Positions 41,168 to 54,847 of a stretch of 64,000 nt of DNA are shown one piece after another. Position 1 is the stretch's first letter; each line of letters opens with the position of its first letter. The translations under genes were made by a program, and so were the position numbers. This DNA is from Octopus bimaculoides (Eukaryota): assembly GCF_001194135.2 (NCBI RefSeq), contig NC_068981.1, positions 157,085,082 through 157,149,081 on the forward strand. Direction: 5' to 3'. Under the pieces are notes generated by a model. That model saw nothing but the letters and a program-made list of their open reading frames with translations. It ran no database searches and was not told where the DNA came from.

Positions 41168-42133
41168 CTGTAAACACAGATGAGAAAATGTGTAAACTAG
41201 TAACAATAATAATAATATGAAATCAATCAAATATCAATAATGATACCAAAACAACAATGTTTTTTTAATACCAAAACTGGCATTTTTATAAAAGGTGTTT
41301 TTGAATAGTTGAAATATAAGCATTAATTTTCATTCCCAAAACTGATAATATTTTGACCATCTAATAACAACCCCAGCAACTATCTAATAATTCCTCAACA
41401 ACAATCTTCTCCAATAACTATCTAGCAACACTTCTAATCTAACAACTCAAACAACACCTCTAGCATCTATTTAACAACTCCTCCAAAAGCTACACAGCAG
41501 TGAACTAATATATAATGAGTTATAATTTAGGTACAAAGCCAGCAGATTTGAGGGTAGCAAGTAAGTCAGTCATCTGTCCTTCCGTACTTGATTGACACTT
41601 TATTTTATGGACCCCAACAAAGATGAAAGATAAAGCTAACCTCAGTAGAATTTGAATTTAAGGTATAAATAACCAGAATATATATTGCAAGGCGTCTTTT
41701 TTCCTAGTCCTCTAAAGATTCTGCTAATCCATTTCCCTTAATAAACATATTATACTAAAACTCACTACAATAAAATAACTCCTCCAACCACTATCAATTT
41801 TACAGTTATTTTTAAGAGTTGTTACATGACTCAGAGTATGTAACTTGGTTACTGTTTTTCATCCAGTTTGATTCTCTACTATTTTCTCTTGCTTGATTAA
41901 ATAGACACAAAATAGTATAAATGAGACAAAGGAACAAGAAATCAACTTTTGATTAATTAAGACAATGACCTGATTTTGATATTCAACTGATATATTTTGA
42001 TTTCATTTACACATTTAATATCCTTGAGAAAAGCATGAACATCACATGTTTCTCTAAAAATATAGTTTTTTTTTTTACCTAATCAAGAAATTACCATAAC
42101 AAATATGTAAGAAACAAAAGATTTTCTAATTAC

Positions 42134-42242
42134 CCATGTTTGCCTGTTTCTCCATCTACTTGCACCATAATAACCCTGCCTTCTTTATCATGGCCAACAG
42201 CATTACGTGCAGATATCACAGATACAAATCTTTGAATATTAC
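42134..42242 (-). CDS. NAGPA: NAGPA exon 5
   Basis: atattag|GT...GG|GTAATT, 109 nt. Reads NIQRFVSVISARNAVGHDKEGRVIMVQVDGETGKH, compared with human 'KFVNVISARTAIGHDRKG'. Confidence 0.95.
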
Positions 42243-42509
42243 CTAATATATATATACATATATAAATAAAATGAAGAGAATTTGATTAAAAGAGAAGTGA
42301 AACAAAATATAAATATTCAGTTTAAAAGGCAAAGTAAAACTATGTTTTAATTTTGCTTTTAGCTTGATCAATATAGTACAAATGGTATATCTTAAAGCAC
42401 ACCGGAAAGAGTGAGGGCATGTCATTGATGAAGTCATGAATGGCAATTAAAAGACTTTGACAAACAACTGATTGTTATACCAGTATATTAAGCAATTAAT
42501 CATCATCAT

Positions 42510-42735
42510 CATCATTGTTTAATGTCCACTTTCCATGCTAGCATGGGTTGAACGATTTGACACCAGGCTCTAATTTGATCTGGCAGAGTTTCTACAGCTA
42601 GATGCCCTTCCTAACGCCAACCACTCCGAGTGTAGTTGGTGCTTTTATGTGCCACCGGCACGAAGGCCAGTCAGGCAGTACTGGCAACAGCCACGCTCAA
42701 ATGGTGTTTTTTATGTGCCACCTGCACAGGCGCCA
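42510..42735 (-). mobile_element. RTE 3' end
   Basis: Same tail, hairpin and two 3'-UTR repeat units. Confidence 0.8.
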
Positions 42736-43142
42736 ATCATTCAATCAATTAGTTAGCTGGCTAAATGATTAACCAATTGACTATCAATAAAGAAGTGGTA
42801 TTAAACCAGTGTATGTGTTTATTANNNNNNNNNNNNNNNNNNNNNNNNNNNNNNNNNNNNNNNNNNNNNNNNNNNNNNNNNNNNNNNNNNNNNNNNNNNN
42901 NNNNNNNNNNNNNNNNNNNNNNNNNNNNNNNNNNNNNNNNNNNNNNNNNNNNNNNNNNNNNNNNNNNNNNNNNNNNNNNNNNNNNNNNNNNNNNNNNNNN
43001 NNNNNNNNNNNNNNNNNNNNNNNNNNNNNNNNNNNNNNNNNNNNNNNNNNNNNNNNNNNNNNNNNNNNNNNNNNNNNNNNNNNNNNNNNNNNNNNNNNNN
43101 NNNNNNNNNNNNNNNTAAAATCTTTTACATAAAACTCTTATA

Positions 43143-45593
43143 CAGGTACACAATCCTTTATCTGGAAATCTAAAATCCGGAAAGCCCCCAAAACTGAACT
43201 TTTTTGTGGAGGGTAGAGCATGTCATAACAGGGGTTGTTTGGTGTGCAAACAGCTGGCCACAGTGACCCAACTCACTCAGGTATGACATGGCAATACTTG
43301 GCAGGCTGGCCGCTATTTACTGCCAAGTGTCAGTTGTGGCCCAGCACTTGTAGAGAGAAAACGTCCATTTGCTGTTTGCTGTCTTCATGTTGTTTCTTGT
43401 GACTTTGTTTATAATTTACCCTGAAAATGTCAAAAAGAACTGCAGATACCCCAATGGATAACAGTGAGAAAAAGAAAAGGAAACATTTAGCATTATCAAT
43501 AACGCAGAAAGCGGAATTACTACAGAAACTTAATTGTGGTGTGTCTGTGCGGCAGCTCACTGAAGAATATGGTGTTAGAACTAGCACTGTGTATGACTTA
43601 AAGAAATAGAAAGACAATTTACTGAAATTTAATAGCGAGAGTGATCACAAATTGATGAAAAAAAAAAAAGGATAACACTACATAGGGCAAAAAAATGAAG
43701 AACTTGACCATGCTAGAATGGATTCGACAATGAAGAAGGAAACGTATGCCACTGAATGGTTTGTTGGTCATGAAACAAGCTAGAATATATCATAAAGAAT
43801 TGAACATTGAAGGAGAGTGTGAATATTCAGAAGGTTGGCTGCAGAAATTTAAGAAGCATCATGGTGTAAAATATCTGAAAATCTGTGGTGAAAAAGCTTC
43901 TGCTGGTTATGAAGCTGCAGAAAAATTACATAGACGGATTTGCCAAGACTGTATCTGATGAAAACCTTTCTCCTGAACAGCTTTGTACTGGTGCTACATT
44001 CCAAGAAAAGCCTTAATGGTAGATGAAACAGCACCAGAAGGTTTTAAGGATGCTAAGGAAAGGTCAACTGTTCTTGGATGTGTTAATGCAGCAGGCACAC
44101 ACAAGGTTAAGTTGGCAGTCATTGGAAAAAGCCAATGTCTGAAGTGTCTGAAAGGCATAGTTAATTTACCTGTGCATTATTATGCAAACAAGAAAGCATG
44201 GGTAACCCGAGGAATATTTTCTGATTGGTTCAATAATTACTTTGTACAAGTAGTACAAGCTTATTGCAAGTAAGCCGGACTGGAAGAAAACAAATTATTT
44301 TGTTCCTGGACAAATGCTTTGCACATCTCGCTGCTGAATTTCTTGTGTAAAGTAATGTTTTGGCTTTCACTTGCCTCCCAATGTGATATCTGTTTTACAG
44401 CTTTGTGACTAAGAAATTTTATGCTCCATGAAGAGCAACTGTCAAAATTATTTTTATGAGCGGTGTGCTTGATGCAGTCCATAAAAGAATAAGGATGCAA
44501 GACTACCTGAAAGAGTTCACTGTTAAGGATGCCATTTACTCAGTTGCAAATGCTTAGAATGATGTTAAATCAACAGAAACAATTCCTGACACAGAATTTG
44601 GCCAATAACAATGTTTGATGAAAACGACCCAAAAGATAACAAGTTCGGAGGATTTCGTGACACTAATGAGAAGATGGTATCAAAACTTGTAACTTATGCT
44701 AAAAGTTTATCGTGCAGAATTGTAAGTGATCAAGAAGACATTGAAGAAATGCAAAATATTGACAACGATGCACCTGTTGTGCATTCTTTGAGTGATGGGG
44801 AAATTGCTGAAATGGTGTTAAATATGGATAAGAATGAAGATCATAATGATGATGACACAGAGCACACAGGTGAAAAAATTCATACAGACGATGTGGTGAA
44901 AATTTGTGATCAGTTAAATGGCTGGCCTTGAACAACGTGCATTTATCAGTGAGCAACAGATTATAGGAGTTTACTCGATTAAAGAGACATTGCTTAGACA
45001 GAAACCTATGCTAATGAGACAGATGACACTTGAAATTTTTGAAAATGCCATCCTTTGTAATGCTACTTCATCCCGTTCCTGGCCTATCATCAGAGGTTTG
45101 CCAGCAACCTGATGATGACATTGGTAACACTGACGGACCCTGTTCTACAACTTAACTGCAGCTACATATTTAGCTTAGTTTGAACTAATTTATGGATCTA
45201 GCATATGAATAAATTGTAATACCATTTGTAGTCTTTCTTTATTCAAATTAGTGCGAATACTTATGTGTCTCTCTGCAGAAATATTATGGTAATGTGTATA
45301 CTGGTACTTGTGGATCTTGTATTTTTGTTTTAAATTATCCCAAAATATGTATTTAGGTATTTGTGATCTTAATTATCTCACTATTTCATTTACCAGCATA
45401 TTACTCTACAAATATTTATTTTTCCTTCTGATTGTGAGAACATATACATGTGCTTTTGTTACCATAGTAGGACATCTGTTCTGACGTCTAGTTTACAATC
45501 TGGGGGAGGCAGCTTTTGTTCTGAAATCTAGAAGAATAGGAAATTCAGAACACAACTGTCCACAAGGGTTCCAGATAAAGGCTTGTGTACCTG
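43143..45593 (+). mobile_element. Full-length Tigger/pogo-superfamily DNA transposon with a pseudogenised transposase
   Basis: TA-flanked 25-bp TIRs, CAGGTACACAATCCTTTATCTGGAA and TTCCAGATAAAGGCTTGTGTACCTG (1 mismatch); 2451 bp. Transposase pieces: CENP-B-type HTH (43427-), GWLQKFKKHH, KERSTVLGCVNAAGTHK, YYANKKAWVTRGIFSDWF, FLDKC and CD. Multiple stops and frameshifts. Confidence 0.93.
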
Positions 45594-46296
45594 TAATTCT
45601 ACTGTCTTTTGGGTGAAGGTGCTGATCCAATAGTAAAATGCGAGAACATGAGCTACATTTGTGTATTGTTGGGAGAAAAGATATCTTTTTGGAAGAACTC
45701 TAAAGTCAGGACAATAAAAATGTAGAAACAGTATTTGTAAACTAAAATTGAACGTGTTCCTATGTCTAACAGGAAAACTTAGCAAATTAAAATTTCTGGT
45801 GCAATTCTCCAAATCTTTTTTTCTTACATTCATGGTATCTACAATTACGATACTAACATCAATTAAACCTCTGACAGTTCTCATAAGTAGATCTATGTTG
45901 TGATAAGAATCTTATACTAAGACTCTTAAATTAACTACAGTAATCTTGAGCACGCTTATTCCTACAGAATCTCACACACCTAGTTTAATACAAACTAAAC
46001 TAAAACAAAACAATCAAAATTTTTACTGATAGGGTTCGCAAATACTGTAATGTTTGCTTTAAGATTTGTTAGTAAATTAGTCTGAATTATTATTGTTCTT
46101 CCCTTGTCTTAATCCCTCTATCTCTGTTCTGAAGGTGACTGGGATTCAAAATCATTGGCATTAAAATGTACATTACTGTTAAATATTCATGAATTTTGAA
46201 GAGTGACCTGCTGAACACTACTAATGATTACTAGTTGATAAACTACCAACTCCTAGATGCAGCAAATAAAAGCAGTTACCAACCACATTTAAATAT

Positions 46297-46732
46297 TGGT
46301 TTCACATTTTGGCACAAGCCCAGCAATTCCGGGGAGTAGGCAAGCTGATTATATCAACACAAGTGATCAATTGATGCCTTATTTTATTGACCCTGAAAGG
46401 ATGAAAGGCAAAATTGACCATCATAGCATTTGAACTCAGAATGTATAGCCAGAAGAAATGCTACTAAGAATTTTCTCCAATGCGGTAATTATTCTGCACA
46501 CTCGCCACCTTTAAAAATTGCTTTAAAATTTTGTCACAAGGTCAGCAATTTTGGGGAAAGAGCCAAGTCGATTACATTGGCCACAGTGTTCAACTGGTAC
46601 TTATTTTATCAACCTTGAAAGGATAAAAGTCAAAGTTAACCTCAGTGGAATTTGAACTCAGAACGTAAAGATGAGCAAAATGCCACTAAAGCATTTCACC
46701 TGGCATGCTAACGATTCTGCCAGTTCACCACC
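46297..46732 (-). mobile_element. Two SINE family B copies in tandem
   Basis: Two successive 'ttttggcacaag..cagcaatt..ccctgaaaggatgaaagg..gaatttgaactcagaa..' units. Confidence 0.8.
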
Positions 46733-47019
46733 TTATAAACCACACTTAAATATCATTAACAAGACAACTTTGTGAATGACAAGTAATTCTAACAGACAAC
46801 TAATTTCCAGTCAAATAATTTAAGTTTAATAGTAAACAGTATCATCAGCAGAGATTCTGATTAATAACTACAATGTTATCAATAAAGTAACGGCAGTGTT
46901 AAAAAATAAATACTCTCCTTTTTTTATCATCGGTAAAGAACACATTTTATCCCAAGGGTAAGGAGAACAATTGTTTTTTATTATTTCCTTCAATTAAAAT
47001 CAGTGGGCACAGCCTGTAT

Positions 47020-47330
47020 AGATCATCTATGACTGGAGGATTGATAGGTTGATGTTAAGCTTGAACTTATGCAAGTTGACTTTTTGGTGAAGATATGGAC
47101 AGGTCGGGAGTTGCAAAGGTTTATAGTCTTCTAAAGGAAATATTGGATAGTAACTGAATAGAGCATTTTATTATAGATGAAATACATTAGAAATATTGAG
47201 AGGAAGAGAAGCAAATACATAAGCAAGGTTTAGGTGGAGGTGATACTCTTGAGTTCTAATGGCATTGATAGAGAACCAAAAGGAAGAGATAATGTTGGTG
47301 GATTAATGACTGGCCCCATTAATGAGTTTG
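47020..47330 (-). mobile_element. 3' end of an L2/CR1-type LINE
   Basis: The reverse strand gives traces of '..NSRPVHIF..NLHKFKLNIN', resembling L2/CR1 ORF2 ends. Confidence 0.45.
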
Positions 47331-47647
47331 GTTAGGCAGATGACCTTCATTTCTATTTATTTATTTTCATGTGGGGTAATTTCAGCCTCAAGATAGACAG
47401 CAGTCTGTTGGCTGGATGAAGCAACCATAACTGTCTTTTTTCTCTTTATATGGTGACTTAATTTATCTTTATGAGCATACATTCATTGTCAGTTGTTATA
47501 ACAACTGACAATGAATGTCAGGACTATAATGTTAGACTATTATACAATTTTGTTTAAAATAGAATTATTTATTGATAAATCCACACCCATTTCAACAAGA
47601 CAGCAGTAGTATCAACAAGATTTGTGGTTTGAAGTTCCAGAACTTAC

Positions 47648-47781
47648 CACTTTCTTGTGATTCAGAACATTCTAGTTTTGCACTTTCATCAACATACACA
47701 TTTCCATCTCTAATAAGCCAGATAACACCACCAACAAGTTGAATAAAGTCTTTGGCAACAATATCTATTTCAGATAAATAC
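47648..47781 (-). CDS. NAGPA: NAGPA exon 4
   Basis: cttcttcag|G...G|GTAAGT, 134 nt. Reads YLSEIDIVAKDFIQLVGGVIWLIRDGNVYVDESAKLECSESQES, compared with human 'YLSEEEV..FVQLLSGVVWLIRNGSIYINES'. Confidence 0.97.
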
Positions 47782-48976
47782 CTGAAGAAGTAAAGCATAT
47801 TAGAAAATTAAGAAACAGACATTTATAAACAGTGAATAGCTTTTGAAATACACTGTCAAATGCAGTACAATCAGTGTCAAAAATGACTTTAATGAGAACA
47901 TATTTTCAAAAAGTAGAGTTAAGAATAACTAAATCAATTAGTAAATGGATGCACTGCTAACCTGCTAACCCACATGATACTGAATTCAATCCCTGTAGCT
48001 GTGCCTTTATTTTTTATTTCAAAATCAAGTGGTTAGTTATAAAATTTAGTATTTCCCTAAGGCTTGCTTGAATGCTCATTTCACTTGCTGCTAGACTTGT
48101 CCATACATCTATCTATTCGTCCAAACTTTCAAAGTCTATTGCTTTCACCATTTGGTTTTAAATACTAAATTCACTCCCTGATCTTACTGGAGTTCTTTCC
48201 TTTGGTTGTTTCCTTAAGGAATTAAACATCTTTTACAGTGGTATAAAATTCTAACCACACAGTTCTAATACCAGTACATAATATTCTAACATCCTACAAT
48301 CACAACCATTGTACCTAATATTGTAACCTAATACCCTCAACCTACTGTCATAATTCATACATCACAGTAGACTAAGATGCTAACTTAACAGCTATAGTAC
48401 CTCATAGAAAAGTGGTTGCTCCTCATACATGATACTGCAAGCCAAGACATCTTTAGTTACAAAACCTCTAGTTACAAAAACAATCACTATCTAAATGATT
48501 CTGACAAAAAAAATTTTAATCAATTAGAAAATTGGAATACAGTGAGAATGAATTTGATCTTTACTGGTATGGCAACAAACTCCAGACATATTTTTGGTTT
48601 TATTAGACCTTATCAGGAAAACATTGTTTTAACTGCATGTCTAATATGACTAGAGAAGTATACAAAATGTTTGAGATTTAAAACAGAATGGATATTTTCC
48701 CCTAGACACTTTTTAAAGCTATTACAGCGTTCTGAGTCCATTCCTCCAAATTTTATATACTCCTTAGGCATGTAAGCTTTGCAGTAAGTTAAACTATGTT
48801 TTGCTGAGGTGGTTCAATAAAACTGAAATATGTCTAAAGCTGCCATTATACTGTTAAAGACTAGACTTGCCCCATACTGCACTCTACATCATACAATAGG
48901 GTAGAATGATAACTATGAAGCTCATAGTTACTACATACACTAGTTAGCTCTCCAATATTACAGATATTTTCCTTAC

Positions 48977-49070
48977 CCAAAATATAACATTCCATCTTTT
49001 GTAATACCAAAGTGAACATTCTGAATACCTCCTGAATCTTTAACAAGATGAGCATTACTCACAACATTAC
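48977..49070 (-). CDS. NAGPA: NAGPA exon 3
   Basis: atttacag|GT...GG|GTAAGG, 94 nt. Reads NVVSNAHLVKDSGGIQNVHFGITKDGMLYF, compared with human 'NVVSD..SSGGLQNAQFGIRRDG'. Not shown in this frame in the ORF track. Confidence 0.95.
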
Positions 49071-50281
49071 CTGTAAATATAAAATATAGAATGATTAAAT
49101 ATATGCTTTGATGCTTCATGTATCAAATATATGCATGTGTTTGGGCAGTTATACAAAACAAACAAGGAAAGACATAAAAATGTGAGAGTCAAGTGAGACT
49201 TGAAATTATCTTTTCTTGGTGTCTTAATATAATTATTCCTTTATTTCAAGCCTGCTAAAAAAATTTTTAAACACATGTTTTCCGAAAAGAAGACAGCTAT
49301 TATGAAGGAGATAATCATTTCTTTATATTTGAAATTAAGGAATTATGAAGAAAAAAAGATAATTCATTTTTTTTCTTTACTTATTATGTTCTTACAGTTT
49401 CTAATTGGTGGTAATCATGTAAAGCACTATTTCATTCGTTTTAGAAACTGTCAGCATGATATAACCTATGAATTGTTAATTAAACATTTTATGAAGAGAG
49501 ACATTTCATTAAAGATGAAAATAATAGCAACCTGGAGGAATTTCGTAATTTTTTCAAAATTTTTTTTCTTTTATAGAATGCTAATAATTAAGGAACTGAG
49601 ACAAATGAGAGAATGTTTTTAGTGTTTATATAGAAAATAGCTGTTTCAAGGGGAATTCTATAGAAGCCAATAATTTCAGTTTAACTTACAACAACTCTAT
49701 GAATTATTTTGCAATATAGTCTTTGCAGTGTGTACAACTATTTCAAATTGTTATTTCTTAATAGAAATCCATCATGTATGAAGTCAAATGGGCACCTATA
49801 CATAAATAGATGGACCTAGACCTTTATGAACAATTTAAAATGGATTCTTGTGAAATCACAGGAAAATTTTTTATTTTTTATTAATTACATTAGTGCTCTT
49901 GTATTCACATTAAATTAAAAGTTCTTATGACAGTGTCTCAGCTTTTATATGGAACAATCAAAAACAAAATCTGGTAAAATAAGTCAAAACAGAATTTTCT
50001 CTAATCAGTTTCAGAGCTACACATAATAAATATCAAAGCATTAATGTCATAAGCTTATGGTTTTTCCATCTACTTTTTCCATGGTGTTATGGGTTTCATG
50101 AGATTTTTGGCGGCAGTATGCAGACATGAACTCTTACTTGTTTTCAAGTAACTTACTTTATGTTTTCAGATGTTTAACTGCTGTTAGATGATTTTGTTTA
50201 CAAGAGGCATAAACAATGCCTTCATTGACAAAATGGTGTCAATGTGAAAAAATATGGAGACGCTCACACACATACCTATAT

Positions 50282-50328
<47 letters not shown>

Positions 50329-51483
50329 ATGCGTGCATGTATATCTCATCATCATCATAATTTTAATGTCCACTTTTCCATGTATACGAGGGTTGGGATG
50401 GAATTTATTGTGGCAGATTTTTCTATGGCTAGATACTCTTCCTGTCACCAACTTTCACCTGTATTCAAGTAAGGTAATATTCCTTCATGGCCAGATATGT
50501 TTTCATGGAAGATTGGAAACAAAGGACACTGCTTGTATGATGCAAAGTCAAAACAAGGAAATGCTAACATATACACACATGCACAAACATATACATATAT
50601 ATAAATATGAATATACTTGATAGGATTTTTAGTTTCCACCTATCAAACTCACTCATAAGGCTTTGGTTGGCCTGAGACCTATAGTGCCACTTACACATAC
50701 ACACAGACACAGAACAGTCTTCCTTACAGTTTCACTCACAGCACTGGTTATCCCGAGGATATAGAAGGTACTTGTCTAAGGTGTATCACAGAAGGAACAA
50801 ACCTAAAGTCATATAATTGCAAAGTTAACTTCTAAATCACATGCTCAAGCCTGCACCTTAGGCATAATCTTTTATCTTTTACTTGTTTCAGTCATTAGAT
50901 GGCAACCATGCTGGGGTACAGGCATCAGCAAAAGAAACACATCAAGTTCTCACATTGTTATTTCCTTTTGTCACTTCGTATATCTGTTCAAATGCCCACC
51001 CAACTATATTAAAAAAATAAAATTACATTTACAGTCCAATAAGGTAACTGATTGCTGTTTGTAGGAAAGTCAAATGTACTTTATATGCAACATGAATGGA
51101 AAATAAATGTTGGATAAAAGTGTGGCATTAGCTGATGGTTGCAGAGAATGAAAATTTGACACAACTATGAACACTAGATGCTATGTTAATGACTGGAAAT
51201 AAAATCTGTCATCAAGTTAATTATATATTTATGTACCTATGTACTTGTTATTTATGAGATTAAGTTACATTTCAATTTGTCATGTGGGAGATGACAAATC
51301 TAAGTGCTTTTCGTATTATAGACAATATCACTTTGACAGCGAAAAAATAAAGATAAGAGTTAAAATAACATGAAGAGCTATTTTCAACTGAAAAAAAAAA
51401 CATTTTTGAAATGTGAAACAATAAAATACTAAACTGTTTACCTGAGAAAAAAAAATTACAACAACAAAAACGTCCTGTATTAC

Positions 51484-51902
51484 CTACACATTCCCCTGTA
51501 TGTGTGTTGAAGAAACCTGCATTGGTCGCAGCTAAACAGTTCATACGTTTAGCACTCTCTAACACTGTTGCTCTTACTGAAGAATTTTTGTTATTGCAGC
51601 TGTTAGGTTCCAGAGGTTCTAAAACACTGAGTGTCTGCCAGGGATAGTTAATGAGCTGGTAGTGAATTGTGATATGACGCTCACTGAACATATCACCATA
51701 CTTTTTAATCATGTACTTTGATATAACCAAAGGTGGTGGAATGTCTGTTGGATCACTACCATTGCTCTTGTAAGCAGCATGTATGGAATAAGTCATGTCT
51801 CCATATTTGGCTTGTTGGCAGCTGCGAACATACCTGTTGCTATGTCGTGGTCCGTGATGGCCGTGGTACGGCAAAAGTAAGTCCATGCCATTGACATCCA
51901 AT
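51484..51902 (-). CDS. NAGPA: NAGPA exon 2: pro-peptide and N-terminal catalytic region
   Basis: ccctgtag|A...G|GTAATA, 419 nt. Reads LDVNGMDLLLPY..RYVRSC..WQTLSVLEPLEPNSC..RATVLESAKRMNCLAATNAGFFNTHTGECV, compared with human 'DDDLLLPY..RTFSVLEP..RATVEETA..NGGFF..GECLG'. Confidence 0.97.
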
Positions 51903-52124
51903 CTACAGGGAAATAAATCATACAAATAAAAATTGATTTCTAATACTGACACAACACCACACATTTATAAGGAAGATGTATAGCATATAGTGTATTATTG
52001 TACTTAATATATTGATTACAGAGAAATGAAGTGCAAAACCAAGAATTAAATGAAAAAGGGAGATAGAAATTTTCTTATTTATTTGAATTAAAATACTTAT
52101 GTTTTATTTATAGAATATTCTTAA

Positions 52125-52610
52125 CCCTTTTGATACCAACCCACGTAAAACTACACCTGGTTCTATGATGCAAATTTCTTGTTTTAAAGTAACTTAAGTC
52201 AAAATCTTCCAGCAAAGGTTCATGTTATGTTCCAAATATCAGATTACTAATGGTTTAAATGTTGACACAAGGCCAGCAATTTCGGGAGAGGGAGTAAGTC
52301 GATTACATCAACCCCAATGCTCAGCTGGTACTTACTTTATCAACCTTGAAAGGAGGGATCACAGGTTCAAATCTCAGACCAGGCGATGTGTGTGTTTATG
52401 AGTGAAACACCTAAGCTCTGGCAGAAGGTGATGGTGAACTTCTGCTGATTCTTTTGCCACAACCTTCTCTCACTCTTTCCTCCTGCATCTAGCAGCTCAC
52501 CTGTGATGGACTGGTGTCCCATCCAGGTGGGGAACCTATACACCAATGAAACTGGGAAACTGGCCCTTATGAGCCAGGTATGGCACGAGAAGGAACAATC
52601 AACAACAACA
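52125..52610. mobile_element. Cluster: TTAA-CCC MITE end, partial SINE B, and a further SINE (about 52350-52610, +) with a V-domain-like core and (AAC)n tail
   Basis: 'cttaacccttttg' at about 52125; 'caggttcaaatc' B-box; 'ctgtgatggactggtgtcccatccagg'; ends 'caacaacaaca'. Confidence 0.55.
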
Positions 52611-54847
52611 TGTATATAAAAGCAAAATATAAACTAGAACCTCATTACACTCAAATGAAAGATTTAGATAGGGACAAAACAACAGAAAAGGTTAAAAATA
52701 CAGGAATTTCAAACCATCATCATTTACTGTCCATGATTCATACAGCCATGTGTTGAATGATTTGACAGGACCAAACAAGCCCAAAGACTGCATTGTGCTC
52801 CAGTGTCTGCTTAGAATGGTTTCTACAGCTAGATGCCCTTCTTAATGCTAACCACTTTACATTGTGTACTGTGCTGTTTTTTTTCTGTAGCACCAGCATT
52901 AGTAAGATTCTCATACAGCTTGCAAGACTAAGAACTCTGGGGTAGTCAGCTTTATGCAAGGAGATAAGGGGTCAAATTATGAGAGAAGAGACCAGGGCAG
53001 AAAGGGTTTATTGCTGTGGAGGAGCTACATCATTGGTCACATTTTAGAAGAGAGGGTGGGATTGATCAGGGTGGAACTGGAAAGAAATAAAAAGAATGGT
53101 AATGAGATGTCAGGATAAACCCTCAAGGTATGAATGAGGTGAGTAGAAATGAGTGGGGACAGAAGAACTGGAAGTATGGGTGGAGAGTGCATGGGTTATA
53201 TGTTGGCTGAATGATAATTAGGGGAGGTAGGTGACAACTGTATAGATTAAGTAGGATTGAGGGATGGATGTAGTGCAAAGTGAAAAAGGTGTAGGGTAAT
53301 CAGTGATGCATATGAGCTGGAAGAAGGTAGGGAAGAGTAGGAGATGACTGACAGTAAAGAAAAATGTGGGCAGTGGTGAAGAGCACCAGAATAGTAATGA
53401 CAATACAGTAGACAGAGGAAGGATGAGAGAGACAGATGGTGTGTGGTTGCGTAGGTTATAAGAGTGTGTGTGTGTGTGTATGTGTGTGGAGAGGAAACAG
53501 GAATGTTGATGTATAGTAAAGACAGAGGAAAAAATGAAAGGAAAACCATTCTGAGGTCAATACTCTGCAAGATTGCAAAAAGTAGAAGTAAGGTCTACTT
53601 GGTCAGTACTGGTCTCAATAGGTCTGCTCAAACAAGGGTGACTTGATTGGGGAGACCTTTGATGAAATGGCTCAAAAGCTCAAGACTAAATAGCAGAAAT
53701 GGAATGTCTGAATTTAGTTGGACAAAATCAATACTTAGGGATAACAAAAAAACAAACAACAACCCTACCCATCAAAAACCAAAACAAAAAAACAAGAGGC
53801 TACCATTAAGTAGTAGAGTAGATAAAGATGACGCTGATGATATTATAATGCTTTGATTTAGGAGGCACTAGCTAGTAGTTTTGAGATGATGAGGTTAGTC
53901 AGTACCATCAACCCAAGTACATGACTGGTACCTTATCATATCAACTCTGGAGGGATAAAAAGGCAATTTCGTTGATGAGCTCCAGTATATTACTGGTACT
54001 TCTATGAAATTAGAAACCAAGAGGAAAAAAAATGTTAATTTTGATATGGATGTGATGCAGAAAAGGGCTACACTGGGAGATAAACATTACCAAGCTGAAG
54101 TTGGTACCACAAAGTTTTTGTTCTAATGATTTACGACCTTAGTTATATGCATTCAGTATTTATTATTGGTTAGAAACCATGTTTGTCTATAAACATATGT
54201 GCTGCTGTAGAATTGAAATGACAGTAAAATGTGTAAATGGTAATGGTAATCAATAATAAAGCGGAACAGATGTTTATTAGCTTATATTTTCAAACAACTG
54301 CTTTCAGTAGAGAGTCATCCGAGAAAATCTATAGCTAAATGTAGTCTAACAACAAAGCATTACCTATTTTTTATATTGTCAATTTTTTTGTGTGAAACAT
54401 CAATAGTCAAAATTCTCAGGTAACGATGATATTTTGTAAACCTAATTCAGAATGCAGTGTTGCATTTAAAATGATATGTTAAGCATAGGGGTCAGTGAAA
54501 TGGCATTTCATGTTCTGATTTGTGTTGTGTCAATTGAAGAAAAAAAATCAATGACTGTCATATCAACAAAAATTTATATGCATAAAAGATATAGAAATAA
54601 TTTTTTTATTCTCAAACACGCGATAATGCTAATAAAATAGCGTGATCAGGATGAATTATCCGTACATTGCAGAAAAATATGTTACCGGCTAGCCATGAAA
54701 CTCAAACTCACATCCCTGTGATAATGTGTCAAATGCTTTACCATTAAGCTAAACTGCCCAGTAACAAATTCTTCTGCAATTTTAGAACTTATAGATTTAG
54801 CTTCATAAGATGCTAATGTTAAATTCAACTTATGATGAAAGTAAACA

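Noticed and set aside
45528-45884. 118-aa minus-strand ORF overlapping the Tigger right TIR
   Set aside because: No recognisable motif, it reads through a TIR, and NAGPA exon phases close without it.
49275-49670. 115-aa plus-strand ORF and weak inverted repeats
   Set aside because: AT-rich, low-complexity translation antisense within a NAGPA intron; the inverted matches are too short to call an element.
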